DNA from: Eledone cirrhosa
Lineage: Eukaryota
Assembly: GCA_964016885.1 (NCBI GenBank)
Contig: CAXHJY010001477.1
Location: forward strand, 558,001-622,000
Direction of reading: 5' to 3'
Length of the DNA stretch: 64,000 nucleotides
Every line of letters begins with the position of its first letter. Within the stretch, counting starts at the first letter, position 1. The notes under the pieces are model-generated. The model searched no databases. It was not told the origin of the DNA and was given only the letters and a program-made list of their open reading frames with translations. This document shows positions 50,801 to 60,486 of this stretch, in pieces. Made by a program: the position numbers and the translations under genes.

Positions 50801-53800
50801 CCAGACTTAGACAATGGTGTTGCCCAGACTTAGACAAGGGTGTTGTCCAGACTTAGACAAGGGAGTTGTCCAGACTTAGACAAGGGAGTTGTCCAGACTT
50901 AGACAAGGGAGTTGTCCAGACTTAGACAAGGGAGTTGACAAGACTTATACAAGGGAGTTGTCCAGACTTAGACAAGGGAGTTACAAGACTTAGACAAGAA
51001 GTTACCCAGACTTAGACAAGGGAGCCATCCAGACTTAGACAAGGGAGTTGCACATACTTAGACAAGGGAGTTGCCCAGACTTAGACAAGGGAGTTGCCAA
51101 GACTTAGACAAGGGAGTTCCCAGACTTAGACAAGGGAGTTGTCCAAATTTAGACAAGGGATTTAACAAGAATTAGACAAGGGAGTTGCCCAGACTTAGAC
51201 AAGGGTGTTGTACAGACTTAGACAAGGGAGTTACCCAGACTTAGACAAGGAAGTTACCCAGACATCGACAAGGGAGTTGTCCAGACTTAGATAAGGGAGT
51301 TGCCCAGACTTAGACAAGAGAGTTCCCAGACTTAGACAAGGAAGTTACCCAGATTTAGACAAGGGAGTCGTCCAGACTTAGACAAGGGAGTTGCGCATAC
51401 CTAGAAAGGGAGTTGCCCAGACTTAGACAAGGGAGTTGCCAAGACTGAGACAAGGGAGTTCCCAGTCTTAGACAAGGGAGTTGTCCAGACTTACAAAAGG
51501 GAGTTGCCCAGACTTAGATAAGGGAGTTGCCCAGACCTAGACAAGGGAGTTGCCCAGACTTAGACAAGGGTGTTGTCCAGACTTAGACAACGGTGTTGTC
51601 CAGACTTAGAAAAGGGAGTTGCCCAGACTTAGAAAGGGGAGTTGCCCAGACTTAGACATGGAAGTTGCCCAGACTTAGACAAGGGAGTTGCCCAGACTTA
51701 GACAAGGAAGTTACCCAGACATCGACAAGGGAGTTGTCCAGACTTAGATAAGGGAGTTGCCCAGACTTAGACAAGAGAGTTCCCAGACTTAGACAAGGGA
51801 GTCGTCCAGACTTAGACAAGGGAGTTGCGCATACCTAGACAAGGGAGTTGCCCAGACTTAGACAAGGGAGTTGCCAAGACTTAGACAAGGGAAATCCCAG
51901 ACTTAGACAAGGGAGTTGTCTAGACTTAGACAAGGGAGTTGTCCAGACTTAGAAAAGGGAGTTGCCCAGACTTAGATAAGGGAGTTGCCCAGACTTAGAC
52001 AAGGGTGTTGTCCAGACTTAGACAAGGGAGTTGTCTAGACTTAGATAAGGGAGTTGCCCAGACTTAGACAAGGGAGTTCCCAGACTTAGACAAGGGAGTC
52101 GTCCAGACTTAGACAAGGGAGTTGCGCATACTTAGACAAGGGAGTTGCTCAGACTTAGACAAGGGAGTTGCCAAGACTTAGACAAGGGAGTTCCCAGACT
52201 TAGACAAGGGAGTAGTCCAGACTTAGACAAGGGAGTTGCTCAGACTTAGACAAGGCCGTTGTCCAGACTTAAACAAGTGTTGCCCAGACTTAGACAATGG
52301 TGTAACTCAGACTTAGACAAGGGTGTTGTCCATACTTAGACAAGGGTGTTGTCCAGACTTAGACAAGGGAGTTGTCCAGACTTAAACAAGTGTTGCCCAG
52401 ACTTAGACAATGGTGTAACTCAGACTTAGACAAGGGTGTTGTCCATACTTAGACAAGGGAGTTGTCCAGACTTAGACAAGGGAGTTGTCCAGACTTAGAC
52501 AAGGGAGTTGTCCAGACTTATACAAGGGAGTTGACCAGACTTATACAAGGGAGTTGCTCAGACTTAGACAAGGCCATTGTCCAGACTTAAACAAGTGTTG
52601 CCCAGACTTAGACAATGGTGTAACTCAGACTTAGACAAGGGTGTTGTCCATACTTAGACAAGGGAGTTGTCCAGACTTAGACAAGGGAGTTGTCCAGACT
52701 TAGACAAGGGAGTTGTCCAGACTTATACAAGGGAGTTGACCAGACTTATACAAGGGAGATGCTCAGACTTAGACAGGGGTGTTATCCAGACTTAGACAAG
52801 GGAGTTACCCAGACTTAGGCAAGGGTGTTGTCCAGAATTAGACAAGGGAGTAGCCCAGACTTAGACAAGGGAGTTGCCCAGACTTAGACAAGGGAGTTAC
52901 CAAGAATTAGAAAAGGGAGTTGCACAGACTTACACAAGGGAGTTGCCCAGACTTAGACAAGGGAGTTACCCAGACTTAGACAAGGGAGTTACCAGACTTA
53001 GAAAGGGGAGTTGCCCAGACTTAAACAAGGAAGTTGCCCAGACTTAGACAAGGGAGTTGCCCAGACTTAGAAAAGGGAGTTGTCCAGACTTAGACAAGGG
53101 AGTTGCTCAGACTTAGACAAGGGAGTTGCTCAGACCTAGACAAGGAAGTTACCCAGACTTCGACAAGCGAGTTGTCCAGACTTAGACAAGGGAGTTGCGC
53201 ATACTTAGACAAGGGAGTTGCCCAGACTTAGACAAGGGAGTTGCCAAGACTTAGACAAGGGAGTTCCCAGACTTAGACAAGGGAGTCGTCCAGAATTAGA
53301 CAAGGGTGTTGTCCAGACTTAGACAAGGGTGTTGTCCAAATTTACACAAGGGATTTACCAAGAATTAGACAAGGGAGTTGACCAGATTTAGACAAGAGAG
53401 TTGCCAGACTTAGACAAGGTAGTTGCCCAGACTTATACAAGGGAGTTATCCAGACCTAGTCAAGGGAGGTACCCAGACTTAGACAAGGGAGTTGCCCAGA
53501 CTTAGATAAGGGAGTTGCCCAGACTTAGACAAGGGTGTTGTCCAGACTTAGACAAGGGAGTTGTCCAGACTTAGAAAAGGGAGTTGCCCAGACTTAGATA
53601 AGGGAGTTGCCCAGACTTAGACAAGGGAGTTGCCCAGACTTAGATAAGGGAGTTGCCCAGACTTAGACAAGGGTATTGTCCAGACTTAGACAAGGGAGTT
53701 GTCCAGACTTAGAAAAGGGAGTTGCCCAGACTTAGATAAGGGAGTTGCCCAGACTTAGACAAGGGTGTTGTCCAGACTTAGACAACGGTTTTGTCCAGAC

Positions 53801-56253
53801 TTAGAAAAGGGAGTTGCCCAGACTTAGACAAGGGAGTTGCCCAGAGTTAGACAAGGAAGTTGCCCAGACTTAGACAAGGAAGTTGCCCAGACTCAGACAA
53901 GGGAGTTGCCCAGACTTAGAAAAGGGAGTTGTCCAGACTTAGACAAGCGAGTTGCCCAGACTTAGACAAGGGAGTTACCAAGACTTAGACAAGGGAATTG
54001 TCCAGACTTAGATAAGGGGGTTACCCAGACTTAGACAAGGGTGTTGTCCAAACTTAGCCAAGGGTGTAGTCCAAATTTAGACAAGGGATTTACCAAGAAT
54101 TAGACAAGGGAGTCGCCCAGACTTAGACAAGGAATTTACCCAGACTTCGACAAGGGAGTTGTCCAGACTTAGATAAGGGAGTTGCCCAGACTTAGACAAG
54201 GGAGTTACAAGACTTAGACAAGAAGTTACCCAGACTTAGACAAGGGAGCCGTCCAGACTTAGACAAGGGAGTTGCACATACTTAGACAAGGGAGTTGCCC
54301 AGACTTAGACAAGGGAGTTGCCAAGACTTAGACAAGGAAGTTGCCCAGACTCAGACAAGGGAGTTGCCCAGACTTAGAAAAGGGAGTTGTCCAGACTTAG
54401 ACAAGCGAGTTGCCCAGACTTAGACAAGGGAGTTACCAAGACTTAGACAAGGGAATTGTCCAGACTTAGATAAGGGGGTTACCCAGACTTAGACAAGGGT
54501 GTTGTCCAAACTTAGCCAATGGTGTAGTCCAAATTTAGACAAGGGATTTACCAAGAATTAGACAAGGGAGTCGCCCAGACTTAGACAAGGAATTTACCCA
54601 GACTTCGACAAGGGAGTTGTCCAGACTTAGATAAGGGAGTTGCCCAGACTTAGACAAGGGAGTTACAAGACTTAGACAAGAAGTTACCCAGACTTAGACA
54701 AGGGAGCCGTCCAGACTTAGACAAGGGAGTTGCACATACTTAGACAAGGGAGTTGCCCAGACTTAGACAAGGGAGTTGCCAAGACTTAGACAAGGGAGTT
54801 CCCAGACTTAGACAAGGGAGTTGTCCAAATTTAGACAAGGGATTTAACAAGAATTAGACAAGGGAGTTGCCCAGACTTAGACAAGGGTGTTGTACAGACT
54901 TAGACAAGGGAGTTACCCAGACTTAGAAAAGGGAGTTACCCAGACTTAGACAAGGGAGTTGCCCAGACTTAGAAAAGGGTTTTGTCCAGATTTCGACAAG
55001 GGTGTTGTCCAGACTTAGACAAGGGTGTTGTTCAGACTTAGACAAGGGAGTTGCTCAGACTTAGACAAGGCCGTTGTCCAGACTTAGACAATGGTGTTGC
55101 CCAGACTTAGACAAGGGTGTTGTCCAGACTTAGACAAGGGAGTTGTCCAGACTTAGACAAGGGAGTTGTCCAGACTTAGACAAGGGAGTTGTCCAGACTT
55201 AGACAAGGGAGTTGACCAGACTTATACAAGGGAGTTGTCCAGACTTAGACAAGGGTGTTGTCCAGACTTAGAGAAGGGAGTTACCCAGACTTAGGCAAGG
55301 GTGTTGTCCAGAATTAGACAAGGGAGTTGCCCAGACTTAGACAAAGGAGTTACCCTGACTTAGACAAGGGTGTTGTCTAGACTTAGACAAGGGAGTTACC
55401 CAGACTTAGACAAGGGTGTTGTCCAGACTTAGACAAGGGTGTTGTCCAGACTTAGACAAGGGAGTTACTAAGAATTAGAAAAGGGAGTTGCGCAGACTTA
55501 CACAAGGGAGTTGCCCAGACTTAGACAAGGGAGTTACCCAGACTTAGACAAGGGAGTTACCCTGACTTAGACAAGGGAGTTACCCTGACTTAGACAAGGG
55601 AGTTACCCAGACTAAGACAAGGGAGTTGCCCAGACTTAGACAAGGGAGTTGCCCAGACTTAGACAAGGCAGTTACCCTGACTTAGACAAGGGTGTTGTCC
55701 AGACTTAGACAAGGGAGTTACCCAGACTTAGACAAGGGTGTTGTCCAGACTTAGACAAGGGTGTTGTCCAGACTTAGACAAGGGTGTTGTCCAGACTTAG
55801 GTAAGGGTGTTGTCCAGAATTAGACAAGGGAGTTGTCCAGAATTAGACAAGGGAGTTGTCCAGACTTAGACAAGGGAGTTCCCCAGACTTGGACAAGGGA
55901 GTTCCCCAGACTTGGATAAGGGAGTTTCAAGACTTAGACAATGGTGTTGCCCAGACTTAGACAAGGGAGTTGTCCAGACTTAGACAAGGGAGTTGCCAGA
56001 AGACAAGGGTGTTGTCCAGACTTAGACAAGGGTGTTGTCCAGACTTAGACAAGGGAGTTGTCTAGACTTAGACAAGGGAGTTGCCAGAAGACAAGGGTGT
56101 TGTCCAGACTTAGACAAGGGAGTTGACCAGACTTGGACAAGGGAGTTTCCCAGATTTGGATAAGGGAGTTGTCAAGACTTAGACAATAGTGTTGTCCAGA
56201 CTTAAACAAGGGAGTTGACCAGACTTAGACAAGGGAGTATAGGTGTAAATATT
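17878..56253. repeat. 38.4-kb array of a 23-bp satellite (AGACTTAGACAAGGGAGTTGCCC), roughly 1,650-1,700 monomers, single orientation, with higher-order repeats
   Basis: Period 23 seen throughout. Copy number is length/23. Diagnostic variant strings recur at about 2.45 kb, about 3.27 kb, 3,591 bp and 3,819 bp. Confidence 0.98.
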
Positions 56254-56744
56254 AAAAACACATATTTTCATATCCAAAGGTGAAGATTAATGACATGAAA
56301 AATTATAATTGTACTAAGAATTATATGTCAGATATTTAACTTTAATCCTGTACTATATGAAACCACATTAGAGATATATTCTTGAATAGTAGAAAACATC
56401 ATTAAGACAGCATCACATTAAATATTGAACTCTTTACACTATTTAATACAGCAAATTCTTATAACAATCTGTCTACTAATAATAATACTATAAACATTTT
56501 AATTATTAAACCTGTTGTTAGATATTTTCTGCTAAATCATTTAAAACAGCACTAGGACTGCATCACATTAAAAATAAGTCTCTACTTTAATAGTGTAAAT
56601 TTCACAACAATCTGTTCACTTGTAAATATATCATAAACATGATATAACAAACCCGTTTTTACATGTTTTCTGTTAAATTATTACAGGTTGTTAAGAGTTA
56701 ATTATAACAAATAGTATAGCTAAAAGAAAGAATTGTATGCTCCC

Positions 56745-57893
56745 AGCCCACACTGTAGAGTGGTCAAGTAGGTGTCACAACAAAAAGTACCCAGTCCACA
56801 CTCTAAAGTGGTCAAGTAGGTGTCACAACAAAAAGTACCCAGTCCACACTGTAGAGTGGTCATGTAGGCAGTGCTTCAATTTGAGCAGTGCATAGCAACC
56901 AGCCCTGATTGTAAGGTGTTCTGGAAGTATGTTCCCTCAAAGCAGAGGCCTCACTCTCCAGTAGGTCCTCTTCACAATCCCCACACAAGCCAGGTTACTG
57001 ACGACCCCAAGGAATGCACAGAGCTCATTGCTGAATGCTATGCAGGCATTTTCACTATTGAAGATCAGAGTGTAGTCTCCACCACCTATGGCACTGGACT
57101 CTATTACAAGCATGGAATTTACACCTGCAATGCTGCGACATCACCTGAAAAATAAACACAACCATGCCTCCCCTGGTCTTGATGGTGTTACGTACCTGCT
57201 TCTTAAACGTGGTGGGTACTTCCTTCTGCACCAGCTATCACGCTTCTTCCAATTCTGTCTGAACAATGGTGCTACTCCAGAACAGTGGAAAACTGCCAGT
57301 GTCATTCCTCTGTTCAAAAAGGGTGACCGTACATCACCTGTGAACTATCGTCCAGTCAGTCTTACTAGTTGCATCGCCAAACTGATGGAATCCTGTGTCA
57401 CAGAAACACTTTGGAACTTCTGGAAATCTCACAGTCTTATCCGGCCCTCGCAATTTAGATTTATCCCTAACTCCAGCTGCTGTGATCAACTTTAAAACCT
57501 CCATGCTTCCCGAGATTCGCTAACACTACACCTAATGTTCCCCCTCCATACACATACATACATGTATATCATGAATCATACACTATTCACTTCCCTGACA
57601 TTTGTATATTATTTTATGTACTATACATGCACTTTTGACGAGTTGTAGTGCACCTGAGCACTTTACACAATAATTTCATTATAAAGAAAGCATTATTATT
57701 ATTATTATTATTAAGGTGTCACAACAAAAAGCACTGAGTACTCACTGAAAATGGGGTTGGTGTTAGGAAGGGCTTCAAACCAAAATCAGTTCTGTGTGAG
57801 CAAGACATGGTCACCTGACCTAGCATTGTCCACAACAGGATAACTCATTTAGTATGGAAAAATGGACGTAAAACAATGATGATGATGATAATG
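56745..57893 (+). mobile_element. RTE-family 3' UTR fragment split by a nested CR1-like insertion
   Basis: About 48-bp unit GTAGGTGTCACAACAAAAAGTACCCAGTCCACACTGTAGAGTGGTCA repeated at 56745-56868. Resumes AGGTGTCACAAC at 57714 and ends GGACGTAAAACAATGATGATGAT. Homologous to 2210-2457. Confidence 0.75.
56869..57713 (+). mobile_element. CR1/L2-group LINE fragment, 5'-truncated and internally deleted, (ATT)n tail
   Basis: KVFWKYV..., SPGLDG, QWKTASVIPLFKKGDRTSPVNYRPVSLTSCIAKLMES, QFRF..SCCDQL, then abrupt non-coding 3' region and (ATT)n at about 57692-57713. Confidence 0.8.
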
Positions 57894-57939
57894 TAAGATA
57901 TGAAATAAACAACTGATAAATTAAAAAAAAAAAAACTAG

Positions 57940-58201
57940 TACAATGTGGTAGAAACACAAAGGGAAAAGGATGACAAATAAAACAAAACAAAGTAATGTT
58001 TCACCCAGTATATTTCAACATATTTCAAGGTTAAAACCCTCTTTCCAATTGTGAAACAAAAACAGTTCAAAACAAAAACGAACGATCGATGTGTTCTTCC
58101 TTAACTGGTATTAACCCTGAAATATGTTGAAATATACTGGATAAAACAACTTTGTTTTATTAGTCATCCTTTACCCTTTATGTATTTCTACTGCATTGTA
58201 C
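57940..58201. repeat. long inverted repeat (about 92-bp arms, about 76-bp spacer), foldback/MITE-like
   Basis: 57940-58034 (GTACAATGTGGTAGAAA...CCAGTATATTTCAACATATTTCAAGGTTAA) is the near reverse complement of 58111-58201. Confidence 0.85.
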
Positions 58202-58270
58202 CGGCTTTTTTGAAATATTTACCAGTCCTAACAAATAGATTCTGTATAGAAGAACCAAATAAAAGAATAC

Positions 58271-58389
58271 CTTCGAACTTCTCTCGTGTCTCTCAATTCT
58301 TTAAAAAGGAACTGGAATATCAAATTCAAGAATCGGCAACTTTCTTTTTCAAATTTACCATTAGTATCACCAGACATTTTAAACAATTC
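58271..58389 (-). CDS. PDZD8: PDZD8 coding exon 2: ELFKMSGDTNGKFEKESCRFLNLIFQFLFKELRDTREVR(R)
   Basis: Acceptor tttgcAG, donor GTATTC, 119 nt = 39 codons + 2. Resembles PDZD8 SMP start RETCYFLNATILFLFRELRDT as recalled. Confidence 0.9.
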
Positions 58390-58514
58390 CTGCAAATAAA
58401 AACATATTTTTTGATTTACTCGGATGGATACATAGATACATGGATACAGGAATGTATGTATATTGTAAAGGCTGACACTCTACCAATACTGTCAATCTAA
58501 CACTATGTCCATAC

Positions 58515-58692
58515 TTTTGGCACAAAGCCAGCAATTAGCCCAGTGCATCACTGGTACTTTATTTTATTGACCCCATAAGGATGAAAGGCAAAGTTAACCT
58601 CGGTGGGATTTGAACTCAGAACGTAAAGGGCCATCACTCTATGCTGCAAAGCATGGTGTCTGACGCTCTACCGATACTGCCAATCCACTGCT
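58515..58692 (-). mobile_element. SINE family A with tRNA-like head, in PDZD8 coding intron 1
   Basis: Minus strand TGGCAGTATCGG (A box) ... GAGTTCAAATCCC (B box), then the core shared with 4197-4312. Confidence 0.78.
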
Positions 58693-58725
58693 ATATGATA
58701 ATAATAAAAAAAATGTTATTTTTAC

Positions 58726-58872
58726 CTCTGGACACTGAAATTTTCCAAATTGTGGTTTCTTTGGAATTGGTTCCTCTGGCAGGCTGGAAAGCCATCTTCG
58801 AATCCATATGTATTGTATAATGAGAGTTAGTAACATACCAGCTATGGTCGATACTAAAATAATGGCAATCAT
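58726..58872 (-). CDS. PDZD8: PDZD8 first coding exon (N-terminal TM anchor): MIAIILVSTIAGMLLTLIIQYIWIRR...FQCPE
   Basis: ATG, hydrophobic helix resembling PDZD8 ILASAVLGSFLTLLAQF, 147 nt = 49 codons, donor GTAAAA, in phase with exon 2. Confidence 0.88.
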
Positions 58873-59491
58873 TTTGGAAATAATGGCAACTTCATACCAC
58901 CGGTCAAAAACACATAATTCTTCCTACTGGAAAGATTTTTTTTTTTATTTCCCAAACATAATTTAAATTTTTGAACAATCAAAAAATTGCTTCATAATAA
59001 TCAATGAAAGACTTTGGATAATGTTTTAGTTTTTTTTGTTGTTTTTGGTTATATATGTTTAAATGTGTGTATATATATATGTGTATGTTTGAATGTGTGT
59101 ATATATTTGTGTGTGTAAAAGAAACTATTTTGGTTTGTTTTATCCTTTTCTTTGGTTTAAGAAAAATAAGACTGATCTGTTCACAAATGATTATTATTAT
59201 TATTATTATTATCAATAATAATAATTCGATGCTCTTGTGGTAAAATATGGCAAATTAGATGAATAATTAATATTTTCACTTCTTTCCTGTTTTGTTTTTT
59301 TATGTTGTTATTGTTATTAGTTTCCTTGTATTTCTTTTTTATTGATGTTGTTTTTTAAGCCTGCCCTTACATTTCAATATATTTCAGTTTGTTTTATTAG
59401 CCCCACTGTCGAAAAAAAAAAAAATATCGAAAAAAGTGTTACGTTTTATTGTTGTTGCTAAAATTTGATGAGGTTGTAAAACACAACTGAG

Positions 59492-59509
59492 ACACCACCT
59501 GGTGGCAGA
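59492..59509 (-). promoter_or_regulatory. candidate CTCF-like motif / E-box (CTGCCACCAGGTGGTGT) in the putative PDZD8 promoter region
   Basis: Isolated GC-rich word in very AT-rich DNA about 620 bp upstream of the ATG. Close to the CTCF core CCACCAGGTGGCG. Confidence 0.4.
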
Positions 59510-59975
59510 CAGGAAAGAGGTGACATTTTCTAAGTAGGATCACAGAATTAACTAAGAATGTTTCATATTTCTTTCTTCTCATGTTATTTAGTAAATATAC
59601 AAGCTATTGGGGAAGGGGTAAATTCTTTTTGTGTCAGTGTGATAATAGGTTTCTATGTTTTTCTGACACTTATATATGTTAAGTGTTGAAATTTTAATGA
59701 AACATCACAACAGTGTTTTAGTAGAGTTTTCGGGAGAAACTGCATAATTCTTTTCATAATTAAGGAACTAAAATTTTGTTCTTTCTTCCTTTCTTGTTTT
59801 TCTTTGAGAGTCTTTTTGAAGTTCTATTGAAAGCAGAGTTTTTCAACTGGGTTACATTTTATGTGTATTCCATGATAAATATTCTCTCAACAACTGAAAA
59901 AGACAAAAATAAAATAAGAAAATATAATTTTGACAGAAATACAAATGTTATGGAATATTATTTGGAGCAGAAAGT

Positions 59976-60050
59976 TGTGTGTGTGTGTGTGTGTCTGTGT
60001 GTGAGTGTGTGTGTGTGAGTGTGTGTGTGAGTGTGTGTGAGTGTGTGTGT
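59976..60050. repeat. (GT)n microsatellite
   Basis: Direct. Confidence 0.95.
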
Positions 60051-60054
60051 ACAG

Positions 60055-60482
60055 ATGTAGTAATATGAATAACATAACAAATATGTTTTAAATATTTACA
60101 TAAATAACATTACAAATGCTTAGACAACATTATAAATTGCTCGCGATTCTTTCAGAAAGATATATTCTTTTAATGCTACAATATTAAAGAAATTATAAAT
60201 GAAGGGGTGAACAACGGAGCCAACACCAGAGCAAAAGACAGCAACGAGGAGTACTGGGCAACCTCTCTAATGATTTTTGAGGCAAGCCAGCACACTGGCA
60301 GTGTTGCCTCGGGTGATGGCGAGGCTAATGCACTGAAACAGCCAAGCACCCTCGCGAGATTCGCCAGTTACCTCCATTAGGCGAGCCGCCAGTGAGGAAA
60401 GGAACCTCGCAGTCAGCGGCCCGACTCCCCCAAACGTCTCGAAAGCCACAGGCTGAAAAATGTAGCTGGCTGACAGAGAAGA
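60055..60482 (-). mobile_element. 3' fragment of a CRE-like (restriction-like endonuclease) non-LTR element
   Basis: FQPVAFETFGGVGPLTARFLSSLAARLMEVTGESREGAWLFQCISLAITRGNTASVL* matches the FxPxAxETxG...QRxSxAxxRGN C-terminus of CRE/SLACS-type elements. 3' UTR boundary uncertain. Confidence 0.7.
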
Positions 60483-60486
60483 GTAT

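Noticed and set aside
17878-56253. CRISPR-like array (23-bp repeats)
   Set aside because: Monomers are head-to-tail with no unique spacers, there are no cas genes, and the context is eukaryotic.
17878-56253. Telomere-derived or G-quadruplex satellite (TTAG...GGG)
   Set aside because: No TTAGGG runs, and GGG tracts are separated by 20-nt loops. Resemblance too weak.
58180-58500. 106-aa plus-strand ORF
   Set aside because: Antisense shadow of PDZD8 exon 2.
58639-58872. Single-exon 77-aa membrane protein or 3CxxC zinc-finger start (FGKFQCPE)
   Set aside because: A donor after CPE splices in phase to a PDZD8 SMP exon. The remainder of the ORF is intron/SINE.
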